A stretch of DNA of 61,481 bases from an uncultured Bdellovibrio sp. Its GTDB lineage: Bacteria > Bdellovibrionota > Bdellovibrionia > Bdellovibrionales > Bdellovibrionaceae. The notes below the pieces were generated by a model, which saw nothing but the letters and a program-made list of their open reading frames with translations, did no database searches and was not told the DNA's origin. The stretch spans positions 1 to 61,481 of the forward strand of contig CAWVRN010000030.1 in the NCBI GenBank assembly GCA_963932905.1, in the 5' to 3' direction. Made by a program: the position numbers and the translations under genes. Of this stretch, positions 28,092-38,496 are shown one piece after another. Each line of letters opens with the position of its first letter. Position 1 is the first letter of the stretch.

Positions 28092-28457
28092 TCCTCCTTA
28101 AATATTGAATGTTTCATGACTCATTCGATGAAACATTTGTTTTAAACCTGACTATACTGTGATTCTGTCATTTGGCGACGTCAATAGAATATTTATGTTG
28201 GAGAAAGGGGAAAAATGTCCCATTTGATAGGAAAATGATGTGCTTCCCTTTTTTTGGGCAATTTTGTCACGAATTCTTAATTTCGATCGATTCATTGATC
28301 AGGTGCCGTCGATCTTGTTTTTATCAAGAAAAACAAGATCGACGGCTGAAGCGGAAATATTAAAATATAAATAAAAATTGGTGGATTGTTTCAACCGGGT
28401 AGCTATACTAAAAACGGGGCCGTTAGATAGGAGTGCAATGAAAGGGTGATAGTGGGG

Positions 28458-29093
28458 ATGTTTTATAAAAAGTGTCTGTTTAGTCTAATTAGTCTTAGTC
28501 TAAGCTTGACTTTGGTTCTGTTTGCTCCGATTCAAGTGTGGCCAAAGGCTAGTACAAAAGATTCAAAGAAAACATCAAGCAAGTCCAAACCTAAAAATAG
28601 AACAACGAAAGAAAAACCTAAAGTGGGCGAGAAAGAAATGAAGTTAGCCTTCACTGAGGTGAAGCTCAATCTAAAAATCACTAAAAGCAAATCTGCCCCA
28701 GCCGATATGAAATTTAATGATGTGGAAATGCGCGACGGAAATTCCGCCGTGATCGCGTTTGCAACTCCCCAATTTAAGTCTGAGCCGATTCATCGCGTCC
28801 CTGTTGTACTGCTAACTGATTTTCTAGGTGAAGACACGTTACGACATGACATTGTGGAACTCGGGTATAAAGAGGAAGCAGGAAAAACGGGGCATGATAT
28901 TGGTATTCCTCGTCAGATGACTTTGCCCAAGGGGATTCTGTATTTCTGGACAACACCAACGATGGGTTCAGCTAATTACTATTACTTGCAACATCCGCAA
29001 GATAGAAATATCGCCATCAGAATTGGCCCTATTGCTGGTGCGGTAGATAAGGAATTCACTATCGATTGGGCCAGTGCTCGGTGGATTAAATAG
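28458..29093 (+). CDS. Exported hypothetical protein
   Basis: Signal peptide followed by a Lys-rich linker. Confidence 0.65.
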   Translation: MFYKKCLFSLISLSLSLTLVLFAPIQVWPKASTKDSKKTSSKSKPKNRTTKEKPKVGEKEMKLAFTEVKLNLKITKSKSAPADMKFNDVEMRDGNSAVIAFATPQFKSEPIHRVPVVLLTDFLGEDTLRHDIVELGYKEEAGKTGHDIGIPRQMTLPKGILYFWTTPTMGSANYYYLQHPQDRNIAIRIGPIAGAVDKEFTIDWASARWIK

Positions 29094-29131
29094 TTCTTCG
29101 GTCCCCTAGATATGAACTTCGAATACGAACT

Positions 29132-30703
29132 TCAACCCTCTCTCAATACCAACATCACGTCGGCGCCGTAGCGTTCTAATTTATCACTGCCGATACCATG
29201 GATACTCTGAAGGTCATCAAAGTTAGACGGGTTGTGTAGAGCGAGTTCACGCAGCGTTCGGTCGCTGAAGATAATGAATGCCGGGACGTCCAGTTCGACC
29301 GCTTTTTGTTTGCGCCAAACTTTAAGCGCTTGGAATTTTGTTTCTTGCAGATCATTTAGAATGATGGCATCGCCCGAAGATCGTTTTTTAACAGATGATT
29401 TGCCACCTGATGATTTGGTCGCTCCATTTTTGATTCTATCAGGCAATAGGCGATCCGCCAACGTCACTTTTGGTAGAACGATTTTTCTATCAGACAGTGG
29501 TAAGCAATTGTCGCAGTGACCACACTGCTGGATACGCTGCGCATCTTGATAGTAAGTCAAAATCTCAGCATGGCGGCACTCTGAACTTTCGGAATAGTTC
29601 ACTAACGCATCAAGATTGCGCCAGCGGGCGCTTTTAATTTCCTGAGGTGCATCGGAGCTTTGAATAAAATAAGACTGTAGGCCTTTATCTTTAGATGCAT
29701 AGAGCATCAAACACGTGGAGTCTTGGCCGTCACGACCGGCGCGCCCCATTTCTTGGTAAAGAGCATCAATTGTGGCCGGCATGTGGTAGTGAACGACAAG
29801 ACGGACATCCGATTGGTCGATTCCCATGCCAAAAGCGTTTGTGGCCACCAGAATGCGAAGGTCACCATTCATATACTGTTCTTGAACTTCGGTTCGTCTG
29901 TTTGGTGTAAGACCCGCATGGTAATATCCAACGCCACTAAATCGTTCAGACAATTCCTGATGGACTTCTTCTGTTTTTTTTCGTGTTCCGCAGTAAACAA
30001 TCACGCGGCCCGTGGGATGTTGTTCGATGCCTTTAACTAAAAGTTGGTTTTTCATATCTTCACCGTCACACATTTCAACTTGGAAATACAAATTGGGGCG
30101 GTAGAAACCATGGACTCGTTTTTCTGGGTTTTTTAAATGAATTTGTTTAGCGATATCATGCAGAACGGTGGGTGTCGCCGATGCCGTTAGTGCCAGCGTG
30201 GGAACATCAGGGCGTAAGCGTTTTAATATATTTAGCTGGCTATATTCTTCGCGGAAATCGTGTCCCCATTGGGAAACGCAGTGGGCTTCGTCAATGGCAA
30301 AGAGCGCAATTTTTCGCGCGCGTATCCATTGCTGGAATCCTTCTTTTTGTACCCGTTCCGGAGATAAGTATAATACGTAAGGCCCGCCTTTTTGGATGTC
30401 GGAAAAAATTTGACGTTTTTCATTTTCCGTCTGCCCAGAATAAATGGCACCCGCGGGTATGTTGTTGTTTTGTAGCGAACGCACCTGATCTTTCATCAAC
30501 GCGATTAATGGCGAGACGACGATAACAAGTTCTTTGGTGAAAACGGCGGGGAACTGGAAACACAATGATTTGCCTCCCCCTGTCGGGAGAACAGCTAGAA
30601 CGTCTTTCTTGTTGATGATCGACGAAATAATTTCTTTTTGTCCCGGGCGAAATCCAGGCAGATTGAAATTTTGTTTAAGTACGCTGTCCAGTTCCATTTG
30701 CAT
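29132..30703 (-). CDS. recQ: RecQ-family DNA helicase
   Basis: PTGGGKS, DEAHCVSQWGHDFR, QEMGRAGRDG, Zn-binding cysteines, HRDC. Confidence 0.95.
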   Translation of the reverse strand: MQMELDSVLKQNFNLPGFRPGQKEIISSIINKKDVLAVLPTGGGKSLCFQFPAVFTKELVIVVSPLIALMKDQVRSLQNNNIPAGAIYSGQTENEKRQIFSDIQKGGPYVLYLSPERVQKEGFQQWIRARKIALFAIDEAHCVSQWGHDFREEYSQLNILKRLRPDVPTLALTASATPTVLHDIAKQIHLKNPEKRVHGFYRPNLYFQVEMCDGEDMKNQLLVKGIEQHPTGRVIVYCGTRKKTEEVHQELSERFSGVGYYHAGLTPNRRTEVQEQYMNGDLRILVATNAFGMGIDQSDVRLVVHYHMPATIDALYQEMGRAGRDGQDSTCLMLYASKDKGLQSYFIQSSDAPQEIKSARWRNLDALVNYSESSECRHAEILTYYQDAQRIQQCGHCDNCLPLSDRKIVLPKVTLADRLLPDRIKNGATKSSGGKSSVKKRSSGDAIILNDLQETKFQALKVWRKQKAVELDVPAFIIFSDRTLRELALHNPSNFDDLQSIHGIGSDKLERYGADVMLVLREG

Positions 30704-30773
30704 GAAAAAAACTATAGCAAGACGGTGGCCACCCTGTACATCAATTTATCCCGCATTGTTTGATTGCCAAAAA

Positions 30774-31379
30774 CTAGGTTTGTCCGCGCGCCTTTAACGT
30801 GCGGGATAGTTTTTCTTGGTAAAGTGCTAATAGTTGATTGCCTACGTCGCTACCTTCGATAGCAGTAAAAGCCAAAGCAATCGCCTGCAAGGTTGACATA
30901 CCTTCAGCAAAATGTTCGGCACGTAGATGCTGCGTGGACGTATTGGGTGTGCTTATCATGACCCTCTCTATACCGTTTAATTCGGGATGGCGGATGGCGA
31001 CTTTACTGGCTTGCCGCCAATTTCCATCGGGTACAATCAACTGAATCGGACGAGTGCATTCTTGAACTAGAGTTGGAGTTAGTTCTCGGGCTTCGTCGGA
31101 TGGAAAAAATAACAAAGTGCGGTAGTTTGGAGTCAGTAAATTGGATAAATCTAATGGTCCATCATCTTTTAATCCACGAACACGTATTTCGCTGTTGGAT
31201 AAACTTTTTAAAGCTAAGCGTCCTGTATTGCTAGTGCGTTTAAGTTCACGATGGTGAATGACTAAAACAAGCCTTGTTTTCAAATCGAGTTTTGGGATCA
31301 AATGACACAGGCACAAATCTTTATGGAGGCCGCAATCTAAACAAGGATCTTTGGTCTTTCGTTTACGATCTAAGGTCAT
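30774..31379 (-). CDS. DTW-domain tRNA-uridine aminocarboxypropyltransferase
   Basis: CxxC...CxC, TSNTG, PDGNWRQA, MSTLQA. Confidence 0.88.
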   Translation of the reverse strand: MTLDRKRKTKDPCLDCGLHKDLCLCHLIPKLDLKTRLVLVIHHRELKRTSNTGRLALKSLSNSEIRVRGLKDDGPLDLSNLLTPNYRTLLFFPSDEARELTPTLVQECTRPIQLIVPDGNWRQASKVAIRHPELNGIERVMISTPNTSTQHLRAEHFAEGMSTLQAIALAFTAIEGSDVGNQLLALYQEKLSRTLKARGQT

Positions 31380-32857
31380 GGCTTAGAAGATGTAATTTTC
31401 TTTTTGATGTTAGCGATCGAGTCAGCATGACTGCGGACTTTCAGGTTGACTCCTTTTTCATCGTAGCTTTCTGATAGTACTTTCATTTTTCCGCGAATTT
31501 CGCCGATGATGCCTTTCGCCGTGTAAGGGACAAAAATATCTTCGTCTTGCATATCGGTTTCAAAGTAACTCATGATTTTATCGCGCAAAAATTTTAGATC
31601 ATCTTTGTCGCGGGTGGAAATCATAATAGCATCTGGGTATTCAGATTTTAACGATTCAGCCTGTTCGGCTGTCAAACGATCGCGTTTGTTTAAAATCAGT
31701 AGGCGAGGGGTTTCATTTGCACCGACTTCGCCTAATACCGATTGAGTCACTTCTAGCTGCGAGCGAAAAGAAGGGTCTGAGGAATCTACGACGAACAGTA
31801 GTAACGATGCATTCAGTGCTTCGTCCAAGGTAGACTTAAATGAAGCAACCAGATCATGTGGCAATTTTTTAATAAAACCGACAGTGTCGGATAGTAAAAC
31901 TTTTGGACGTGTTTCAGGGTGCAAAGGACGAATCGTTGTGTCCAGAGTGGCAAAAAGCTTGTCGGCCACTAATACTTCGCTGCCAGTCATCGCACGCATC
32001 AGCGACGACTTTCCAGCATTTGTATAACCAACTAACGCGACTGAAATTTCTTGCTGACGACGGGCTCTGCGAACCTCATGTTCGTTGCCAATGGATGCTA
32101 ATTCAATTTTTAATTCTTTGATACGATCACGAATTTTACGTTTGTCTAATTCCAGCGCGCTTTCGCCGGCACCTTTACCACCTACGCCGCCGCCACCACG
32201 ATCTTCTCCGCCGCCTGTTTCACGCAAGCGAGGAGCTACATAGGTTAATCGTGCGATTTCGACTTGTAAGCGAGCTGCGCGTGTGCGGGCATGGCGACTG
32301 AAAATTTCGATAATAACACCCGTGCGATCAAGAACGGTGACGCCCGTGGCGCTTTCTAGGTTTCTTATTTGTGACGGGGACAGATCGGTATCAACAATCA
32401 CGACATCGGCAGCTCCTATTTTGTCCGCAGGCAGTGACGTTACGACCGATGAGGTGTCGTCTTCGTTATTGTCCGATTCTAATGGCAGTCTACGATTAAA
32501 ATCATCGACGGATTCAATATCATCGCCTTCTGAAAATTCATCATCAATCTCGTCTTCGTCGTCATTAGTTTCTTTGTTTTGTTTCCATTTTTCAGCAGCT
32601 TTGCTGAGTTTGCGTTCGACGACGGCAGCGATTTCTCCGGTGCCATTTGTCCATTGGGCCAGCTCCTTTAATTTTCCATCCCCCAGCACCGATGCGGATC
32701 GATCAGAGCTGCGTTTTTGAGTCACTTGCCCAATTACCGTGTAGCCCAGTGTAGTCACCAATCGAGTCAGTTCATCTAAAGAGGCTTGAAGCTCGAAATT
32801 GGAAATTTTGGGTAGTTGGATACCCACTAAAACGGCATTTTTTACTGGTGTTTGCAT
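31376..32857 (-). CDS. hflX: GTPase HflX
   Basis: GYTNAGKSS, DKLFATLD, DTVGFI, NKRD. Confidence 0.95.
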   Translation of the reverse strand: MQTPVKNAVLVGIQLPKISNFELQASLDELTRLVTTLGYTVIGQVTQKRSSDRSASVLGDGKLKELAQWTNGTGEIAAVVERKLSKAAEKWKQNKETNDDEDEIDDEFSEGDDIESVDDFNRRLPLESDNNEDDTSSVVTSLPADKIGAADVVIVDTDLSPSQIRNLESATGVTVLDRTGVIIEIFSRHARTRAARLQVEIARLTYVAPRLRETGGGEDRGGGGVGGKGAGESALELDKRKIRDRIKELKIELASIGNEHEVRRARRQQEISVALVGYTNAGKSSLMRAMTGSEVLVADKLFATLDTTIRPLHPETRPKVLLSDTVGFIKKLPHDLVASFKSTLDEALNASLLLFVVDSSDPSFRSQLEVTQSVLGEVGANETPRLLILNKRDRLTAEQAESLKSEYPDAIMISTRDKDDLKFLRDKIMSYFETDMQDEDIFVPYTAKGIIGEIRGKMKVLSESYDEKGVNLKVRSHADSIANIKKKITSSKP

Positions 32858-33078
32858 ATCCCAGTTTTACCGTCATCTAGTCGCTTAGGCAACGTTATAA
32901 GCCTTTAAGGCTGGGCCCTGTAAGTTGTCGAAATATTGGTCGTCGTTTACCTTTTTTGGAAATTGGTAGGATATTATTGCGGGAGTGAATGCGACGGTGG
33001 AACTATTGGGGGTAAGACGCAGATAAAGCGGAGATTTTAGGGTTTGACCCTGCACTTATTTTGCAATGTCCACCATGT

Positions 33079-35106
33079 ATGATGAAACGCATGTTATATA
33101 TCGCAGTGGCAGTGCTGGTCGGTTTTCAAGTGTCCTCGTTCGCCAAGGAGGGGAGTGAGGTCGAAAAAAAGACCGTTGAGCTTTTAAAATTAGCCCGCGA
33201 GTCCGAAGAGTTCACGATGTATGGTGTAGATCAGTTGAACCTAAAAATAGCGATGGCATCCGTAGCGGAAAAGCAAACCGTTGATATCGATCATATCAAG
33301 CAGTTGTACTCTTCAATACAAGGCAAAGTAACCGTAGTTAAAAAAGAATTTGCGTCATTTAACGATTTTGTTGAAGAGGAAAGACAAACTTGGCCAGCTT
33401 CTGGTGATTTATCTATCGATATCCAGCGGATACTAGAGAAGGGTATTACGTTAATTGACCCGAGTTTTACTAACGAAGAAGATAAAGCGAGATGGGCCAA
33501 AAATGAATCGGCTCAACAAAAGTTCATGAACAAAATGGGCTTAGCGGGAATGGGAACATTCATGCAGATTTCGGCTCAATCGGCAGAACAGCAAGAAAAA
33601 TTTAAAAATGATGTGTTGAAAATGACAGACGGTTTTAGCAGCCTTGATAATAGTTTGCAAAATTCGTTTAAAGATATGTTTGCGGGCGAAGGCGATGGTT
33701 TTTTAAAAATCGCATTTCCCATCTTGATGGCTGAATATCTAGAAAATGTGAATCACAGAACAAAATTAAATATATTAGCTGGTATGTTTGAAGGATCATT
33801 TCCATTTACCCAGGATGGATTAGTGATGTCTTTGTTTTCAAACGCGGGTCCTCAGCTGCAGAAAATGGTACAAACCTTAGGGCGCAACTCGGCCCTAGCG
33901 CCTAAATGGCAAGCCTTGTTTCAAACGTTTGAATCGAACGTGCGTCCAGTTCCTTTCTGGCAAGTGGAGCAATTGTTAGCGCGTGCCAAATTTCCATTTA
34001 AAATTATTGATTTTCATCAAGAGCCTCTTGGTGTTGGTACTATCGCGCAAGTGCATTTAGCTAAGGTGCAATTACCTAGCGGTGAAATCACCGATTATGT
34101 ATTTCGGTTTATTAAGCCGGAAATGAAGCAAAAAGCTGAAGACGAGGCATCCGTGATCGAAAAAGCCTGCATCGCGATCGATCATCATCCAGATGTGGTT
34201 GGAAAAAATTATCCAAAACTAACCAGTATTGCAGATAACTCGTATACGATGATCAAACAGGATCTGGTTTTGAAAGAATCGGTTATCAATCAAAAGATAG
34301 GGCGAAAGGTATACAAACGATCGGATATCGATGTCCCTGTGGTAGACCTTTCATTGGATACAGAGCAGTTGTTTATGTACTCCACGAAAGCTTCGGGACA
34401 GAAAATTTCTAAATATTCTGTCCCGGTGCAACGTACATTAGTTAATCGCGTGGTGGAGGTATGGTTAGAAGAAGCGATGTTTGGTTCTGGGTATTTTCAT
34501 GCGGATTTACATCAGGGTAATTCGATGGCTTTGTTGCGTGATGATCAAAAAGGAAATGATCGCTACCTTAAATCGTTCTTGGATTTTGGTATGTTCGGAC
34601 AATTGACCAAAAGTGACCGCGTGAATCTGATGGGTTTAGGTATCGCGGTGAAAATGGGTAATGGCAAAATGCTGAGCCAAATCGCATGGCGGCTATCTAG
34701 TATCAAAGAGAACACAATTACTATGCCTGATCTAGCTGCTAAGTTGGATAAAAAATTTAAATCGCTAAATGGACAAGGATTAACAGTCGCAGATATGATT
34801 AAGTTTTTCCAAGAGGTAGGACTTGAATTAAATGACAACGTTTTAAATTATCTTCGTGGTTCAATTACGCTAGGCGATCAGTTGATTCAGGTTGACCCCA
34901 AAAATTCACTTTTGGGTATGTCTGTGAAGGTCGCGCTTAAACATCCAATTCAATTAATGAAGGTTTTAAAATTTAAGGAAATTTCGATGAAGGATATTAT
35001 GAAGCTTGGGTGGAAGCAGTATGTTTCTCCTAAATTGAATAAATCGGCGTCGATTGTGTCTGGAGCTGACATGTGTGTTGGTTTCTATCTAAAGCAAAAA
35101 CGCTAA
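33079..35106 (+). CDS. Exported ABC1/AarF/UbiB-family atypical kinase
   Basis: Signal peptide ending SFA; GPQLQKMVQ, PLGVGTIAQVH, FHADLHQGN, LDFG. Confidence 0.85.
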   Translation: MMKRMLYIAVAVLVGFQVSSFAKEGSEVEKKTVELLKLARESEEFTMYGVDQLNLKIAMASVAEKQTVDIDHIKQLYSSIQGKVTVVKKEFASFNDFVEEERQTWPASGDLSIDIQRILEKGITLIDPSFTNEEDKARWAKNESAQQKFMNKMGLAGMGTFMQISAQSAEQQEKFKNDVLKMTDGFSSLDNSLQNSFKDMFAGEGDGFLKIAFPILMAEYLENVNHRTKLNILAGMFEGSFPFTQDGLVMSLFSNAGPQLQKMVQTLGRNSALAPKWQALFQTFESNVRPVPFWQVEQLLARAKFPFKIIDFHQEPLGVGTIAQVHLAKVQLPSGEITDYVFRFIKPEMKQKAEDEASVIEKACIAIDHHPDVVGKNYPKLTSIADNSYTMIKQDLVLKESVINQKIGRKVYKRSDIDVPVVDLSLDTEQLFMYSTKASGQKISKYSVPVQRTLVNRVVEVWLEEAMFGSGYFHADLHQGNSMALLRDDQKGNDRYLKSFLDFGMFGQLTKSDRVNLMGLGIAVKMGNGKMLSQIAWRLSSIKENTITMPDLAAKLDKKFKSLNGQGLTVADMIKFFQEVGLELNDNVLNYLRGSITLGDQLIQVDPKNSLLGMSVKVALKHPIQLMKVLKFKEISMKDIMKLGWKQYVSPKLNKSASIVSGADMCVGFYLKQKR

Positions 35107-35235
35107 GGTCTAGCGTCATTCTCAAATTGATAAATGCTAAAGCCTTACGACTGAGTCATTGTGAGGCGAAAAAATCTCTTTAGTCTTAAGGGTATTTCCC
35201 GAAATACTATTTACCCAACTTCTAAGGAGAGGCGA

Positions 35236-36681
35236 ATGAGCGCAGTACCGAATTTAGTGAATGATCTTTCTTATCAAATTCAAGCGATCCAATCAGAAAT
35301 GATGGCGCAGATTCAAGCGGCTACGGCTAGCGGTGACTTCGTTCAGATTCAGACCCTGATGAAGGATATGGAAAAAAAGATCAATGATCTAATTGAAAAT
35401 CATAAAACTATTGAATTTAAACCAAATGTTGAAGAGTTCAAAATGCATGTCTATCTGTCACCTCATACGGACATGAATTTAAATGATATTGTTTATGACT
35501 ACGAACGTGATTTGTTTACCAAGATGGAGAACAACGAGCGTTTTAAAGAAATTCGCGCTCACGTTAAAAAACATTACCCTGAAAAAGACATGCGCAAAGT
35601 TTTGATGCGTGATCATTTGAAGTTGGATTTAAAATTATCGCCTAAATTAAAAGAAGTGGTTACCGCATGTATTGAATCTTTGAAAATCAAGACTGAGATA
35701 GAGGTCTATATGGTTAATTCGTTAGAAGTGAATGCCTATTGCCCGCCCCCTACAGAAGATAAAATCTATATTTGCATTACCTCTGCCTTGTTGGAAAAAT
35801 TGGCTGTTCCTGAATTATGCTATGTGTTTGGTCACGAAATTGGTCACGCTTTGATGGCCCATCACACGATCCCATTGCAACATTTGTTAAACAATCCTCA
35901 ATTTCAAGTGAATCCAGAGGAATTAATTGAAATTTTCGCATGGAAACGTGCGGCTGAGATTACGTGCGATCGTTTTGGTTTGATCAGCGGTCAGCGTTTT
36001 GAAAATGCGGCCCGTGGTGTGTTTAAAATTTATTATGGTTTGACGGAACTAGCTGATGATTCAATTTTTGCCTATATGCAAAACTTTGGTGACTTCAATT
36101 CCTCGATCCAAATTTCACCGGCGGATTTTTACTCAACTCATCCCTTTGGTCCGGTCCGTTTATTAGCGTTGCAGTATTTCTCGCAAAGTGAAAATTTCCA
36201 TAAAGCGATTAATTCAACCAACCATGAGCTTTCGGAAGCCGACATGGAAAAACGCATTGATGCCATCATGAAGATCTATGATGTGAATAACGTCACTCCA
36301 GAAGCTCAGCTGGCAATGGATAAGTTCTTTATGATTAGTGCTTTAAGTATTTCCGCTTCAGATGGTGATGTTTCGCCAGATGAAATTTTAAAAATGAAAG
36401 AAATCTGTAAATCTGAAGGTTTAATGGAAGAAGTGATGCCATTTGTTGAAGCGTCCGTTCAGGAATTGCAAGATCAAATCTATTTAGCGACAAATGCTTT
36501 GTTCGAGCACTGTTCGTTGCCTTTGAGAATGAAGATGATGCGTGATTTGGTTTACGTAGCGCTTGCTGATGGCGTACTAACAGACACAGAACGTGATATT
36601 CTCTACTTCTGTTGTAGTGCTGCTGGTTGTGATCCAAAATTCATTGATGACACTCTAAATGAAATATCAAAATTAACTTAG
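35236..36681 (+). CDS. M48 metallopeptidase with C-terminal TerB-like domain
   Basis: HEIGH, AEITCDR, STHP; SDGDVSPDE and ADGVLTDTE TerB motifs. Confidence 0.85.
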   Translation: MSAVPNLVNDLSYQIQAIQSEMMAQIQAATASGDFVQIQTLMKDMEKKINDLIENHKTIEFKPNVEEFKMHVYLSPHTDMNLNDIVYDYERDLFTKMENNERFKEIRAHVKKHYPEKDMRKVLMRDHLKLDLKLSPKLKEVVTACIESLKIKTEIEVYMVNSLEVNAYCPPPTEDKIYICITSALLEKLAVPELCYVFGHEIGHALMAHHTIPLQHLLNNPQFQVNPEELIEIFAWKRAAEITCDRFGLISGQRFENAARGVFKIYYGLTELADDSIFAYMQNFGDFNSSIQISPADFYSTHPFGPVRLLALQYFSQSENFHKAINSTNHELSEADMEKRIDAIMKIYDVNNVTPEAQLAMDKFFMISALSISASDGDVSPDEILKMKEICKSEGLMEEVMPFVEASVQELQDQIYLATNALFEHCSLPLRMKMMRDLVYVALADGVLTDTERDILYFCCSAAGCDPKFIDDTLNEISKLT

Positions 36682-36693
36682 TCAGCTATTGAA

Positions 36694-36728
36694 AGCATAC
36701 CCAAAGCTAAATAAGCTTTGGGTATGCT
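36694..36728. terminator. 15-bp perfect inverted repeat (terminator-like)
   Basis: AGCATACCCAAAGCT-aaata-AGCTTTGGGTATGCT. Confidence 0.65.
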
Positions 36729-36933
36729 AGATTGTTTTTCAGCGGTCTACCAACGCAACAAGCGAATCCAAAGAATTATATCTCTATAAGAAGGTCGTGA
36801 TGCTTATCGCTCAGAGCATATCGGCGAGCACAACAATTTTCTATTTCCTTGTTCTGATTAATATTAGCGTTACATAATGGTTCCAGTTTTTGCTGGTAAA
36901 GTTTTAGTGAGTTGAAGTAAATTCGATTCAGCT

Positions 36934-37710
36934 ATGAAAAAATATCAGCGGGAAGTAGAAGAGATACTAAAGAATATTAAACCAGCCACAAAGCCCTCGA
37001 TGTGGAAAGCGGAAGATTATGTTGGTGGTGGACGATCTAAATTGACCTTTTTGGATTTGAAGGTGCCTGATGTGAGGGATGCCTTTAAGCGTGGGTTTAG
37101 TTTTTATCATCCCGGGATAAAAGAATTTGATAAAACTCATCTCGAAATTTTTAACTTCATCTGGATGAACTCACGTAATCACGACACTCTGTCTGTTTGC
37201 CTGTATTATCTAAAATCATTGCCATTTGACGTAAGAAAGAAAAACCGATCTTTGATTTTGAAATGGTTGAATCGAGTGGACAACTGGGCGTTGTCAGATG
37301 AGATCAGTAGCGTGTTCTCTGAATTTTTAGAAGATGATCACGGTTTACTGCCGACCTATAAAAAATGGAATAAATCAAAAAACTCTTGGGAGCGCCGTCA
37401 GTCATTAGTTGGATTGTTATTTTATTCACGTTTTAGGAAGTCAAAGCACTTAACTTGGGCGCAAATTAAATCATTTCTTGATCCTTTGTTATATGATGAC
37501 GATTACTACGTACAAAAAGGTGTCGGCTGGACCATTCGTGAAGCCTATCAATGGTATCCTAAGCCGGTATTCGATTACGTAGCTAGAAATTCCGCGAACA
37601 TCGATCCCGCGGCCTGGTATGCCTGTACGGAAAAAATGTCGACAAAAGAAAAAAATGCGTTAAAGGTTAAGCGTCGTGAACGTATTCGAAACAAAAGAAA
37701 TTCAAAATAA
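36934..37710 (+). CDS. DNA alkylation repair protein (AlkD-like)
   Basis: VDNWALSD, WERR, YYVQKGVGWTIRE. Confidence 0.88.
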   Translation: MKKYQREVEEILKNIKPATKPSMWKAEDYVGGGRSKLTFLDLKVPDVRDAFKRGFSFYHPGIKEFDKTHLEIFNFIWMNSRNHDTLSVCLYYLKSLPFDVRKKNRSLILKWLNRVDNWALSDEISSVFSEFLEDDHGLLPTYKKWNKSKNSWERRQSLVGLLFYSRFRKSKHLTWAQIKSFLDPLLYDDDYYVQKGVGWTIREAYQWYPKPVFDYVARNSANIDPAAWYACTEKMSTKEKNALKVKRRERIRNKRNSK

Positions 37711-38452
37711 AATTCAGGGTTTAGAGACACATATTCAAAGTGTTTTGTCGGGTCGTATTTTTCACGTTCCAGATTTGTCCGCCCGAGATTTAGAAGTCAG
37801 AGAGCCTCTGGAACATCCACCTAAAAAGGGTTTAAGCTCTAAAGAAGGCCAGGCTCGTCTGCTGCATGATTTAGCCAGTATCGAATTGCAAGCCATGGAA
37901 TTAGCACTTAGGACACTGACGGAATATCATCATCAAATAAAAGGAACTCAGTATTTAGATTTGCTAGTGCAACTGGTTTTATCAGAGCGATCTCATTTGC
38001 AGCTTTGTTTAAATGGAATTCGTGATTTGGGATTTGAATGGGGGCATTGGCCTGTCCACATGGCGCTTTGGAAAGCAGTGGCCGTGGATGATACATTAAT
38101 TGAACGGGTATTTATCGTTCACCGTTTTCTAGAAGGTAGTGGACTGGATGCCGCGGACACGTTGCTTCGGCGTTTAAGCGGTGTTGATGGAAAGCACATC
38201 GATAAAATCGTAAAAACGATTTCTACAGAAGAAATGGATCATGTTCAATTCGGCTCACAATGGTTCTTTGATTTGTGTAAGAGAGAAAAACTTGATGCGG
38301 ACAGTGTTTTTAAAAATACCCTTTACAGTGTTCGTGTAAAGTTGCCCAAACGTCTTGAGCCAATTAATTCGGACCTTAGGCAAAGAGCACTCTTTACGGT
38401 GAGTGAGATTGAAACTTTGAAGGCCTTTCAATCTGCGTCTTCGAAAAGTTAA
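37676..38452 (+). CDS. DUF455 ferritin-like protein
   Basis: LLHDLASIELQA, ERSH, EGSGLD, EEMDHVQFG. Confidence 0.85.
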   Translation: MNVFETKEIQNKIQGLETHIQSVLSGRIFHVPDLSARDLEVREPLEHPPKKGLSSKEGQARLLHDLASIELQAMELALRTLTEYHHQIKGTQYLDLLVQLVLSERSHLQLCLNGIRDLGFEWGHWPVHMALWKAVAVDDTLIERVFIVHRFLEGSGLDAADTLLRRLSGVDGKHIDKIVKTISTEEMDHVQFGSQWFFDLCKREKLDADSVFKNTLYSVRVKLPKRLEPINSDLRQRALFTVSEIETLKAFQSASSKS

Positions 38453-38496
38453 GCTAAATACGCTTTGATTTGTCGTTAAAAAACAGGTCTGCGAAT

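Noticed and set aside
29232..30797. Several plus-strand ORFs antisense to recQ, and similar short antisense ORFs elsewhere
   Set aside because: Shadow frames of well-supported genes with no recognisable motifs
32400..32620. Acidic insertion in HflX as an intein or mobile insert
   Set aside because: Low-complexity Asp/Glu linker with no intein terminal motifs
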